Shown here: piece after piece, positions 1 to 13,212 of the stretch
How positions within the stretch are numbered: the stretch's first letter is position 1
How the letters are laid out: every line of letters starts with the position of its first letter
NCBI GenBank assembly: GCA_028826165.1
Contig: JAPDFW010000033.1
Location: forward strand, 310,001 to 374,000
Length of the DNA stretch: 64,000 nucleotides
From: Anaeramoeba ignava BMAN
Lineage: Eukaryota > Protista > Anaeramoebae
Direction: 5' to 3'
Program-made: the position numbers and the translations under genes
The notes under the pieces: model-generated
Database searches by the model: none
Seen by the model: the letters and a program-made list of their open reading frames with translations, nothing else
Told to the model about the DNA's origin: nothing

Positions 1-446
1 TTTCAATTTTGACAAAAAATGTAAAGTTAAAATCATTTCCATTTCTTCATTTGTAATTTTCTCAATTGATTTTGATCTTTCTTGTGAAGGTTTTTTTGGT
101 TTATTTTTTTTTTTTGGTTTATTTTGTTCTTTTGGTTTATTTTGTTCTTTTGGTTTATTTTGTTCTTCTGGTTGATTTTGTTCTTCTGGTTGATTTTGTT
201 CTTCCTAAATTTATTTAAAAAAAAAATGGTTCATTTTTAAAATTCGGAAAAATAAAAAATCAAAAAAATTAATAAAAAAAAAACCTTAATAATATTTAAT
301 AACTTTTTGCACTTCACACAAAATCTTTGTTCGTTTTCTCGAATAATTTGATCTTTGCATGAAGAACGCATGCATATTTTATGTCCATCTTCACATTGAT
401 AATATTTTTTACGTAAAGATTTTTTACATAAAACACAAGTTGCCAT
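1..446 (-). CDS. Small RING-variant (C3HC4-like) zinc-finger protein, paralog A; 3' end runs off the window
   Basis: Exon 1 446-285 MATCVLC...QCEDGHKICMRSSC...FCVKC; intron 284-205 (GT..TAG); exon 2 reads EEQNQP/KEQNKP repeats then KITNEEMEMILTLHFLSKLK, matching the C-terminal motif of paralogs B and C. Confidence 0.7.
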
Positions 447-663
447 TTCAATAGAAAAAAAAAAAAGGAAAAAAAAATGAAAAAAAAAAAAAGAAAATTT
501 TTCAATTCATTCTCTTTCATTTAATTATTTAATTTAATTATTTAATTTAATTAAAGAAGCTTTTTTTTCCTTTTTTCTTTTGATTTGAAATTTCAAATTA
601 AAATTAATCCAAAAATTTGAATGAAAAAAAAATAAAGAATAAAATTTCAAATTAAATCCCAAA

Positions 664-2898
664 TCAATTTGAAAATTTTTGAGAAAAATATAAAATCCAA
701 AAATTTTTTCGTTCTAATTTCATTTTTTGGATTTGTTCAACTTTTTGAAATTCACCTTTTTGAACTGGGTTCATTTTTTGACTTTGATTGTTTAAATTGT
801 TTTGATTTAAATTGTTTTTGCTTAAATTGCTTTTGCTTAAATTGCTTTTGCTTAAATTGTTTTGATTTAAATTGTTTTTGCTTAAATTGCTTTTGTTTAA
901 ATTGTTTTGGTTTAAATTGCTTTTGCTTAAATTGTTTTGATTTAAATTGTTTTTGCTTAAATTGCTTTTGTTTAAATTGTTTTTGCTTAAATTGTTTTGA
1001 TTTAAATTGCTTTGATTTAAATTGCTTTTGTTTAAATTGCTTTTGTTTAAATTGCTTTTGCTTAAATTGTTTTGATTTAAATTGTTTTGATTTAAATTGC
1101 TTTTGTTTAAATTGTTTTTGCTTAAATTGTTTTGATTGAAATTGTTTTGATTTAAATTGTTTTGATTTAAATTGTTTTGATTGAAATTGTTGCTTTTGCT
1201 TAAATTGTTACTTTTGCTTAAATTGTTACTTTTGCTTAAATTGTTACTTTTGCTTAAATTGTTACTTTTCTTATTTTCATCAGAACTTTCACTTTTAGTT
1301 TCATTTGAACTTTCACTTTTAGTTTCATTTGAACTTTTACTTTCACTTTTGCTTAAATTGTTGCTTTTCTTATTTTCATCAGAACTTTTGCTTTCATTTG
1401 AACTTTCATTTGAACTTTCATTTGAACTTTTACTTTCACTTTTCTTTAAATTGTTGCTTTTCTTATTTTCATCAGAATTTTTGCTTTCGTTTGAACTTTT
1501 ACTTTTCATTTGAACTTTTACTTTCATTTGAACTTTTACTTTTACTTTGATTTTTGCTTAAATTGTTGCTTTTCTTATTTTCATCAGAACTTTTGCTTTC
1601 ATTTGAACTTTCATTTGAACTTTTACTTTCACTTTTACTTTCACTTTTCTTTAAATTGTTGCTTTTCTTATTTTCATCAGAATTTTTGCTTTCGTTTGAA
1701 CTTTTCTTTTCATCTGAACTTTTACTTTTGCTTTGATTTTTGCTTAAATTGTTGATTTTCTTATTTCCATCAGAATTTTCACTTTTAGTTTCACTTGGAC
1801 TTGAACTTAAATTGGAACTTAAATTTTGTGAACTTAAACTTGAACTCTCATTTGAATTTTTACTTTTACTTTTACTTTTACTTTTATCTTTAGGTTTATT
1901 TTGTTGTTCATCATTTTGTTCCTTATTTTTATTTTTCTTTTTACTTTTACTTTTCTTTTTATCTTTAGGTTTATTTTGTTGTTCATCATTTTGTTCCTTA
2001 TTTTTATTTTTATTTTTACTTTTACTTTTCTTTTTATCTTGTGGTTCATTTTGTTGTTCATCATTTTGTTCATTATTTTTACTTTTACTTTTACTTTTCT
2101 TTTTATCTTGTGGTTTATTTTGTTGTTCATCATTTTGTTCATCATTTTGTTCCTTATTTTTCTTTTTACTTTTACTTTTCTTTTTGTCTTGAGGTTTATT
2201 TTGTTGTTCATCATTTTTATTTTTACTTTTACTTTTCTTTTTGTCTTGAGGTTTATTTTGTTGTTCATCATTTTGTTCATCATTTTGTTCCTTATTTTTA
2301 TTTTTACTTTTATTTTTCTTTTTATCTTGTGGTTCATTTTGTTGTTCATCATTTTGTTCCTTATTTTGTTCATCATTTTTACTTTTACTTTTCTTTTTAT
2401 CTTGTGGTTCATTTTGTTGTTCATCATTTTGTTCATCATTTTGTTCCTTATTTTTATTTTCATCATTTTTTTTTTCATTTTTTTCCTTTTTTTATTTTTA
2501 CTTTTACTTTTACTTTTCTTTTTATCTTGTGGTTTATTTTGTTGTTCATCATTTTGTTCCTTATTTTTGTGTTTGTGTTTATGTTTGCGCTTGTTTTTAT
2601 CTTTATTTTCAGGTTGGTTTTGTTCTTCATTTTTATTTTTGCTTTTATCCTTTTTGTTATAATTTTTTTATTTAAAAAATTATCCAATTTTGTTTTTAAA
2701 TTTCCTTTTTTTTTTTATTTAAATATTTTACATTTTTTTGAGGAAATATCTCTTCATTACAAACAGGACAAATCCTAGTATGTTCTTGCTTATTATTTAT
2801 TTTTTCTTTGCATTTTCTACGCATACATATTTTATGATTGTTTTTACATTCATAATAATTTCTCAATTTTTCTTTTTGCATAACTCGCAAGTGGACAT
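664..2898 (-). pseudogene. RING-variant paralog B with a very long low-complexity middle; frameshifted (pseudogene or homopolymer assembly errors)
   Basis: ATG at 2898 (MSTCELCK), frame break in the A-run near 2870, then LRNYYECKNNHKICMRRKC...ICPVC; intron 2731-2650; exon 2 has EQNDEQQNKPQD, SKSSNE and NNLNQ/SNLSK repeats with further A/T-run frame breaks near 2470 and 1505; ends WILYFSQKFSN*. Confidence 0.6.
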
Positions 2899-3204
2899 TT
2901 TTTAATTAAAAAGGAAAAAAATGAAAAAAAAATTTTTTTAACTAATTCCATATTTTTTTTTAAATTTAATTTTACAATTCAAAACAATTCTTTCTTATTA
3001 AAAGAAAAAGATTATTTTTTTTCCGAAATTTTTTCAAAAATAAAATAATAAAAGAATTTTGGAAGTTTAATTATTTTGGTTTATGTTGTTGTTTTTTGTT
3101 TGAAAACCCAATAATTCGGTAATTTTATTTATGAAATGAAAAAAAAAAAGATTGTTTGATTTAAAAGAAAAAAAAGATTTTCTAAATGAATGATGTTTTC
3201 TTCT

Positions 3205-4507
3205 TTACCAAGCAGATTCAGTTTTTGTTCCACCAATTTCAAAATGTTTGCATCTTTTTATTGGAACCAAATGAACTTTCTTGCATACGTTACATGTAAG
3301 TTTGACAACAATCTTTTTGGTTGTTTTTGCCTTTATTTCAAAAATTAAAATTAATTTATAAAATTAAAATTAAAATTAAAATTAAAATTAAAATTAAAAT
3401 TATAATTAATTTATAAAATTAAAATCAAAATTAAAATTAAAATTAAAATTAAAATTAAAATTAAAATTAAATTTTAATATTAAAATTAAAATTAAAATTA
3501 TAATTAAAATTAAAATTAAAATTAAAATTATAATTAAAATTATAATTAATATTATAATTAAAATTAAAATTAAAATTAAAATTAAAATTAAAATTAAAAT
3601 TATAATTAATATTATAATTATAATTAAAATTAAAATTAAAATTATAATTAAAATTAAAATTAAAAATTATCATTAAAATTAAAATTAAAATTATCATTAT
3701 AATTAAAATTAAAATTAAAATTAAAATTAAAATTAAAATTAAAATTAAAATTAAAATTAAAATTAAAAAAATTAAAATTAAAATTAAAATTAAAATTAAA
3801 AATTAAAAATTAAAATTAAAATTAATATTATAATTATAATTAAAATTAAAATTAATATTATTAAAATTAAAATTAAAAATTATAATTAAAATTAAAATTA
3901 AAATTAAAATTAAAATTAAATTAAAATCATAATTCATTTATAAAATTAATATTAAAATTAAAAATTAAAATCATAATTCATTTATAAAATTAAAATTAAA
4001 ATTAAAATTAAAATTAATATTAAAATTAAAATTAAAATTAAAATTAAAATTAAAATTAAAATTAAAATTAAAATTATAATTAATATTATAATTAAAATTA
4101 TAATTAAAATTAATATTATAATTAATATTAAAATTAATATTATAATTAAAATTAAAATTAAAATTATAATTAATATTATAATTAATATTATAATTAATAT
4201 TATAATTAAAATTAATATTATAATTAATATTATAATTAAAATTAATATTATAATTAATATTATAATTAAAAATTATAATTAATATTATAATTAATATTAT
4301 AATTAATATTATAATTAAAATTATAATTACCTTCTTTCTAAAAATTGGTTTTGTTTGACCTCCATATCCTTTTTGTTTTCTATCATATCTTCTTCTTCCT
4401 TTTGCATGTGAAGATTCTTTTCCTTTTTTGTAAAGAGAAATTTTATGAACTTGATGTTTTCCACACTTTCGACAATGAGTTCTTTTAGTTTTTGGCCAGT
4501 TGACCAT
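3205..4507 (-). CDS. RPL36A: 60S ribosomal protein eL42 (L44/L36a)
   Basis: Exon 1 4507-4331 [18 protein letters not shown]...[13 protein letters not shown]; 1000-nt intron 4330-3331 (GTAATT..AAG); exon 2 3330-3205 [18 protein letters not shown]...[11 protein letters not shown]. Diagnostic eL42 motifs. Confidence 0.97.
3340..4325. repeat. Intronic hexamer array (AAAATT/ATAATT/AATATT)n
   Basis: Visible 6-nt periodicity filling the eL42 intron. Confidence 0.9.
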
Positions 4508-4734
4508 TATAAATTTAATAAAGAATTCAGAAAAGAAAAAAATGAAAAAAAAATTAAAAGAAAAAAAATTTTTTTTTATTTTTTTTTTCTTTTAATTAAT
4601 AAATATTATAATATTTTTTATTATATATATAATTTTTTATGTAAATATATAAAAAAAAATAAAAAAAATAAAAAAAATAAAAAAAAAAGAAGAAAAATTA
4701 TTTTTCCTTTTTCTTTCTTTTTAATTAATTTTAA

Positions 4735-6189
4735 ATGTCTACTTGTTATTTTTGCAAAAGAACATTGAGAAAATATTATGAATGTAAAAAAAAACACAAA
4801 ATTTGTATGCGAAGAAAATGCAAAGAAAAAATAATTAAGAAAGGTGATATTAGGATTTGTCCTATTTGTAAGAAAGAAGCTATTGTTAAAGAAAATGTGA
4901 ATGTCAATCAATTTCAAATTTAATATTAAATATAAAATTAAATATTAAATTAAATATCAAATTAAATATTAAATTAAATATTAAATATCAAATTAAATAT
5001 TTAAATTTAAATATTAAATTAAATATCAAATTAAATATTAAATTAAATATTAAATTAAATATTAAATTAAATATTAAATTAAATATTAAATTAAATATTA
5101 AATATAAAAATTAAAAATTAAATATAAATATTAAATAAAAATTAAAAAAATTAAAAATTAAAATTATTAAATAAAAATTAAAAATAAAATTAAATATTAA
5201 AATTAAATATAAAAATTATTAAATTAAAATTAAAAAAATATCAAATTAAATGTTTTTAAATATCAAATTAAATATTAAAATTAAATATTAAAAATAAATT
5301 AAATATTAAATTAAATTAAAATTAAATATAAAAATTAAATAAAAATTAAATATTAAATTAAATATAAAATAAAATAAAATTAAATATTAAAAAAAATTAA
5401 ATATTAAATTAAATATTAAATATTAAATATTAAATATTAAATTAAATATAAAATATAAAATTAAATATAAAAATTAAATATAAAAATTAAATATAAATAT
5501 AAAATTAAATATCAAATTAAATATAAAATATAAAATTAAATATTAAATATAAAATTAAATTAAAATATAAAATTAAAATATAAAATCTCCTTAAATATAA
5601 AATTAAATATTAAATATTAAATATTAAATTAAATATCAAATTAAATATTAAATTAAATATAAAATTAAATATTAAATTAAATATTAAATATTAAATATTA
5701 AATATTAAATATTAAATTAAATATTAAATTAAATATAAAATTAAATATCAAATTAAATATTAAATTAAATATCAAATTAAATATAAAAATATATCAATTT
5801 AAATATCAAATATTAAATTAAATATTAAATTAAATATTAAATTTCAATTCAAAAAAAACTCTGAAAAATTGCACATTGATAAAAAAAAGTCAAATAAAAA
5901 AGAATCTTCAGAAAGTTCGAAATCTAAAGAAAGTTCGAAATCTAAAGAAAGTTCGAAATCTAAAGAAAGTTCAAAATCTAAAGAAAGTTCAGAAAGTTCA
6001 GAAAGTTCAGATTCTGATAATGAAAATAAATTTAAATTAAAATCAAATTCAAAATCAAAATCAAAATCAAAATCAAAATCAAAATCAAAATCAAAATCAA
6101 AAGAAAGACTTGCATTTCAAAATCAATACACAAAAGAGCAAGTAGAAAAAATGCTTGTTCTTCATTTTTCTCAAAGAAATGATGTTTAA
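4735..6189 (+). CDS. RING-variant paralog C
   Basis: Exon 1 4735-4896 MSTCYFCKRTLRKYYECKKKHKICMRRKC...ICPIC; predicted phase-0 intron 4897-5889 (GTGAAT..AAG, the first AG after the donor); exon 2 SNKKESSESSKSKE...EQVEKMLVLHFSQRNDV*. Confidence 0.7.
4920..5845. repeat. Intronic degenerate (AAATATTAAATT)-type array
   Basis: Almost G-free AT repeat filling the paralog C intron. Confidence 0.85.
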
Positions 6190-6351
6190 AAAAAAAAAGA
6201 TTAACAAATTTATTTTATTTTTTTTTTTTGGAATTTCTTCAAATTTTAGGAATAAGAATAATAATAATAATTTAAATGGAAAAAACAAATTAAAATTTTT
6301 TAAACTGAAGAAATTTTTATTTTTTTTTTTTCATTTTTTTTCTTTTTTTGA

Positions 6352-9347
6352 ATGAAAAATTTAAAATATGTTTCAGGAATAAGTGCACAAGAAACACTTG
6401 ATTTTATTGAAGAAGAAATGGATTTTGAAGATTTTTCAAGTTTTCATAATTGGAAAAATTATGAAAATAGAATAAATAGAAAAGAAAGACAAAGAAAATC
6501 AATAAGAAATTTTTCAAGAAGTTCTTTTTTACAATCAAAATTTAGATTTTGTGTTGATGAGGAATTTGATTTTAATCAATATTTTCTTGATCCTGATTCT
6601 GAAATTAATTGGAAACATGTTAAAATGACTTATTTAATTGATCCAGAACCAATATGCCCTATTTGTTTACAAAAACCACTTGCGCCAAGAGTAACAAAAT
6701 CAAAATTAAAATCAAAATCAAAATTAAAAATCAAAATCAAAATAAAAATCAAAATCAAAATCAAAATCAAAATCAAAATCAAAATCAAACAAAAATCAAA
6801 ATCAAAATCAAAATCAAAATCAAATTAAATTTAAATATCAAATTCAAAATCAAAATTAAAATCAAATTCAAATTCAAAATTAAAATCAAAATCAAAATCA
6901 AAATCAAATTCAAAATTAAAAATCAAAAATCAAAATTAAATCAAAATTAAAATTATAATCAAAATTAAAATTAAATTTAAAATCAAATTTAAAATTAAAA
7001 TTAAAATTAAAATCAAAATCAAAATTAAAATCAAAATCAAAATTAAAATTAAAATTAAAATTAAAATTAAAATAAAATTTAAAATTAAAATCAAAATCAA
7101 AATAAAAATTAAAAAAATTAAATTTAAAAATCAAAATTAAAATTAAAATTAAATTCAAAATTAAAATTAAAATTAAAATAAAAATTAAAATTAAAATCAA
7201 AATTAAAATTAAATTAAAATTAAAATTAAAATCAAAATTAAAATCAAAATCAAATTCAATTTAAATATCAAATTCAAAATCAAAATTAAAATCAAATTCA
7301 AAATCAAAATTAAAATTAAAATTAAAATTAAAATTAAATATCAAAATCAAAATTAAATTCAAAATTAATATCAAATTCAAAATTAAAATCAAATTCAAAA
7401 TTAAAATCAAAATCAAAATCAAAATAAAAATCAGAATTAAAATAAAAATTAAAATTAAAATTAAAATCAAAATCAAAATCAAAATCAAAATCAAAATATA
7501 AAATATATTAGATGACAAAGTGTGGTCATGTCCTTTGCTTTTATTGTTTAGAGCGTTACTTCTTAACATCTTCTAATAACTTTCAAAAATGCCCAGTTTG
7601 TTTTGATCTTATTGACAAAAAATCAGTTAAAATTTGTAAAATTCTAGAATGTAAATCCTTTCAAATTGGTGATGAAATATCATTCCAATTAATTCAGACG
7701 CATAACAACTCAAATTTATGCTTCCCATTTTCTATTACCCAAATCAACCCTTCATTCAACAACTCTATTCTCTTATCAGATTCTTATCTTGATATTTCCA
7801 AATTCAATAAAATAACTCAATTTTCAGTTCAAAATATAATTAATCTATTTTTGGAAAATGAAAATGATATGAATCTTTTAGAATCAGAAGCTCAAAAAGA
7901 AAATTTACCATCTTTAGATTTAATACAATCTTTTCAACTCAAATTAAAACATGAAAAAGAGAAATTCATTTCTAAGTATTTAAATCCAATCCATTTAGAA
8001 AATCAAATTCAAATTCAAAATCAAATTGAAAATCAAAATCAAATTGAAAATCAAAATCAAATTGAAAATCAAATTGAAAATCAAATTCAAATTCAAATTG
8101 AAAATCAAATTCAAATTGAAAATCAAATTGAAAATCAAAATCAAATTGAAAATCAAATAGAAAAGAAAAAACGAAAAGAAGAAAAAAGAAAAAAGAAAAA
8201 AGAAGAAAAAAAACTTCAAAAGAAAATTTCTCAACTCCAAAAAATTCAAGAAAATCAAAAAATTCAAAATGAAAAAATCCATCTAAATTTATCAAACATT
8301 GATATCAATAAAACAGAGGATTTTTCTTATTTTTATCAATCAGAAGATGGACAGAAATTAATTTTGGATTATTTATGCATGAAATGTTTAGAAGAAGAAT
8401 ATCGAAATAAAGCATTACCTGAATCAATTACTACCAAAATCACAGATATTCAAACAAAAGTTCAATTACTTGATTTTGAAAAAAGACATTTTTCAACAAA
8501 ACATTTTGGATTAGGTACTGAATTCCACTTCATTGAAATTGATGTCAAAAAATTAGTTTCACAAAAAACATGGAATTTGTATTCGGAAAAATTCAAAGAA
8601 AGAGAAATCAAGAAAATGAGACGAAAGTTAATTGAAAATCAAAGACAAAAATTAATAGAACAAAAAATAAGGCGCAAAAAAGAATATGATCTTTCTCAAT
8701 CAAAAGCTTATCCTCTTTTCACATCTTTTATTCCAATCGAAACAAAAAATATTGAAAAAACTATTGAAAATTTCCCAGAAATATTAGATTCATCTAAAAA
8801 TATTTCAAACCAATCAAATAATCAAAAACCAAATAAATTACCTGAAATTACTTTTCTTGATGTTGCATTAAATTCTGAAAAATTTCAAGAATTTTCCAAA
8901 AAAAATCAAAATAAACAAGATCAAAAAAAATCAAAAAAGCAAATTCAAAAAATGAATACAAAACAAAATCAAATTGAAAATCAAATTGAAAATCAAATAA
9001 AAAATCAAATTGAAAATCAAATTGAAAATCAAATTGAAAATCAAATAGAAAATCAAATTGAAAATCAAATTGAAAATCAAATTGAAAATCAAAAAATAGA
9101 AAATAAAATTGAAAATCAAAAAATAGATGATCGAAATGTTAGAAATACTTCTAATCAAATTGCTAATAAAAATAAACCACAAAATAAAAATAAAAATAAT
9201 AAAAATCACCAAAATTCTTATTATAATAAACAAAGAAAACAAAATCAAACTCAAAAAATTCACAAAAAAAAATTCCGAAATAAAAAAAATAGAAAAAAAA
9301 ATCAAAAAACAAAACCAAAAAAAAAATTAAATAAAACAATTAAATAA
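6352..9347 (+). CDS. RNF10: RING finger E3 ligase, RNF10/Mag2 family
   Basis: Exon 1 6352-6690 FLQSKFRF...DPDSEINW...CPICLQKPLAPR; intron 6691-7511; exon 2 MTKCGHVLCFYC...KCPVC, and YFYQSEDGQ..LD.L.MKCL typical of RNF10/Mag2. Confidence 0.88.
6697..7497. repeat. Intronic (AAAATC/AAAATT)n array
   Basis: 6-nt periodic repeat filling the RNF10 intron. Confidence 0.9.
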
Positions 9348-9468
9348 TAAATTTGAAATTGAATTATTATTTTATTCTCAAAAATTTCTTTTTTTTAAAT
9401 TAATAAAAAATAATTTCATTTTTCTTCTTTTTTTCTTCTTTTTTTTCTTTTTTTCTTTTATCAAAGAA

Positions 9469-12400
9469 ATGGGTAAATTTTTATTATTTAATAATTTTAT
9501 AATTAAAAATTAAAATTTAAATTTAATAATAAATAGATATTGAAAGTGAAAAAAAATGGATTGAAATTAAACATGAAAACGCACCACCAAAAAGATCAAG
9601 ACACACTTCTGTTTTATATAATAATAAATTATGGATTTTTGGTGGATATTCAGTTGATAATAAAGTTTTTAATGATTTATTTACTTTTGATTTAGGTTTA
9701 TTTTATTTTAAATAAAAAATTTGATTCATTTTATTAATAATAATAATTATAATTATAATAATATAGAATCACATCAATGGACAGAAATTAAAACTCAAAA
9801 CCCACCAAACCCATTAAAAGGTATCATTCAATTTTAAAATTTGAAATCAAAATCAAAATCAAAATTAAAATCAAAATCAAAATCAAAATCAAAAAAATCA
9901 AAATCAAAATCAAAATCAAAATCAAAATCAAAATCAAAATCAAAATCAAAATTTGAAATCTAAATTAAATTTGAAATCAAAATCAAAATCAAAATCAAAA
10001 TCAAAATTAAAATTAAAATTAAAATCAAAATTAAAATTAAAATCAAAATCAAAATGAAAATCAAAATTAAAATCAAAATTAAAATTAAAAATCAAAATCA
10101 AAATCAAAATCAAAATCAAAATCAAAATCAAAATCAAAATCAAAATCAAAATCAAAACCAAAATCAAAATCAAAATTAAAATCAAAATTAAAATCAAAAT
10201 CAAAATCAAAATCAAAATCAAAATCAAAATCAAAATCAAAATCAAAATCAAAATCAAAATCAAAATTAAAATTAAAAATCAAAAATCAAATTAAAATCAA
10301 ATTAAAAATTAAAAATCAACAGGACATACAGCAGTTGTTTATAATGATCAAATGTATATTTTTGGAGGAAGTCGAATGTTTAGTGAAGGAAATGCGATAA
10401 ATGTATTTGATTTCAAAAGTCATACATGGAATAAAATTGAAACACAAGAACAAGAAGTGCCACCTATTAGACATTATCATACAGCAGTTGTATGGAATGA
10501 TAGAATGTGGATTTATGGTGGATTTCATTGGGGATCATCTTATAATGATATGTGGACATTTAATTTTACAGAAAACAAATGGAATCAAATTAACCAAAAA
10601 GGTGATATTCCTCCTGGAAGAGGTTCACATATTGCAACTGTTTATTATAACAATATGTATATGCATGGTGGTCTTTTTGATGGAACTGAAACTATTGGTG
10701 ATTTTTACAGATTTGATTTCTGTAATTTATTTAAAATAATACAAATATTTTTAAATTCACTTTTGATCCACTTTTAATATTTACATATTTATATTTATAA
10801 TATTTATATTTATATTTATATTTATATTTATATTTATATTTATATTTATATTTATATTTATATTTATAATATTTATATTTATAATATTTATATTTATATT
10901 TATATTTATATTTATATTTATATTTATATTTATATTTATATTTATATTTATAATTATATTTATATTTATATTTATATTTATATTTATATTTATATTTATA
11001 TTTATATTTATATTTATATTTTTATTTATATTTATATTTATATTTATAATATTTATATTTATATTTATATTTTGATTTATATTTATATTTATATTTATAA
11101 TATTTATATTTATAAATTTAATAAATTAGTAACTGAAACTTGGTTCAAAATAGAACCAAAAGGAACTATTCCACTTCCTAGAGAAAGTCATGCATGTGTT
11201 ATTTATAATAACAAATTAATCACTTTTGCTGGTATTTATTTATTAATTAATTTATTAATTTATTAATTTATTTGATTTATTTATAAAAATTAAAAGGATT
11301 TCATCGAAAAACTGGAAATTATGATGATATGTTTCAATATGATTTTATTGAAAACAAATGGGAACAAATCAAAACAAGATCACAAAATCCACAAAAAAGA
11401 GATGATTTTTCAATGGATTTAAAAGATAATATTATTTATATTTTTGGTGGAGTAACAGGTTATTCAGATGATTTTTCTCAAAGAGATGATTATGCGAATT
11501 TTTCTGATGTTTTTCAGTTTCATATTGAAAAGGATTTATATTCAGATTTAAGAATATTTTTAGAAAGAGGAGAATTATCAGATATTAATTTTGAAACACA
11601 AGATGGAATTAAATTTCATGCACATTCAACAATTCTTCAATCACGTTTAAAAAATTGGAAATTTAATCCACAAACATTTTCCAAAATTTGTTCAAATTAT
11701 TCATCAAAAACTATTGAACAATTATTAAAATATTTATATTATGAAAAATTTGAGTTACATTTATCACCAAAAGAACTTGAATTAAGAAAAGAATTAATTG
11801 ATATATCTAAATTACTTGAATTAAAAGAATTAGAAACACTTTGTGAAGGGAAATATCTTCAATTAACGAAAGAAAATATAATTTTAAAAGATTTATATAA
11901 TTTATATTTAAATGAAGAAACCAAAAATTTTTCAATTATATCAAATCAACAAAAAATTAAAGTTCATCGAGATATTCTTATAATGCGTTCAGAACTTTTC
12001 AGAGGTTTTAATCAATTTTAATTTCTATTTTAATTTTAATCAAATTTAATTTTAATTTTAAATTTAAATTTAATTTTAATTTTAAATTCAATTTTAATTT
12101 TAATTTTAATTTTAAATTTAAATTTAATTTTAATTTTAATTTTAATTTTAATTAAAAGGATTATTTATGAGTGTTCAAGAAGATTCAAATGAAGTAGAAG
12201 ATTTATCAGGATTAACAACAAATGGATTAAAAGAATTTTTATATTTTTTATATAATGATGAAATTGGACCAGATATTAATATTAATATTATTTGTGAACT
12301 TTTTGGAATATCAGATTATTTTGGAATGAGTAATAACAAATTAGATGAAATTTGTGAAGAATTTTTAAAAAAACAAAATATACCAATTAATAAATTACTT

Positions 12401-12664
12401 GAATTATTGGAAAAATCAGTTCAATTTGAAAGACATGATTTTATTGATTATATTTCAGAATTATGTTATGAAAATTTAAAAGAAATTAAAGAACTTCCAG
12501 AATTTGAAGAATTCCAAATTAATAATGAAGATTTAGTTCAATTAATTTCTCAAAAACCTGAAAAGAGAGAAAACAAAAATAAGAACAAAAAGAACAACAA
12601 AAAGAACAAGATAAAAAATATAAAAAAGATAAAAAAGATAAAAAAGATAAAAATTGCCGAATGA
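9469..12664 (+). CDS. Kelch-repeat + tandem BTB protein (LZTR1-like architecture), copy 1
   Basis: 7 exons: 9469-9472, 9537-9695, 9767-9820, 10323-10721, 11130-11231, 11297-12004, 12159-12664, all GT-AG and in frame. Kelch blades (RxxHTAV..YIFGG..W) then two BTB domains (SDINF..HAHSTILQSR; KVHRDILIMRSELFRG). Confidence 0.9.
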
Positions 12665-13212
12665 TGTGAATCAATCATTTCAAAAATCAATTAAGAAATT
12701 AATTCAAAAATCAATTCAAAAATTAATTCAAAAATCAATCCAAAAATTATTTCAAAAATTAATTAAGAAATCAATTCAAAAATTAATTCAAAAATTAATT
12801 CAAAAATTAATTCAAAAATCAATTTAAAAATTTAAGAAATCAATTTTAAAATTATTTCAAAAATTAATTCAAAAATTAATTAAGAAATCAATTCAAAAAT
12901 TATTTCAAAAATTAATTTAAAAATTATTTCAAAAATTAATCCAAAAATTATTTTTCTTTGCTTTTTCTTTTATTTTTTGAAAATCAAACACAAAATAACA
13001 AAATAAATCACTTTTTAAAAAAAAACAAAAAAGTAATTTATGATTTGATTTGATTTGATTTAAAAAAAAAAAAGAGAGAAAATTTTATTTTTTTCCTCAA
13101 TTCCCAATTTATATTATTTTATTCTCAAAAATTTCTTTTAAATTAATAAAAAATAATTTCATTTTTCTTCTTTTTTTCTTCTTTTCTTTTTTGCTTTTTT
13201 TTTATCAAAGAA

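Noticed and set aside
2860-2880. Programmed frameshifting in RING paralog B
   Set aside because: Several breaks occur, all in homopolymers, and the paralogs are intact, so error or pseudogenisation is simpler.
12570-12664. Different C-terminal tails of the two kelch-BTB copies
   Set aside because: The differences are indels in A-rich repeats, better explained by slippage or assembly error than by function.
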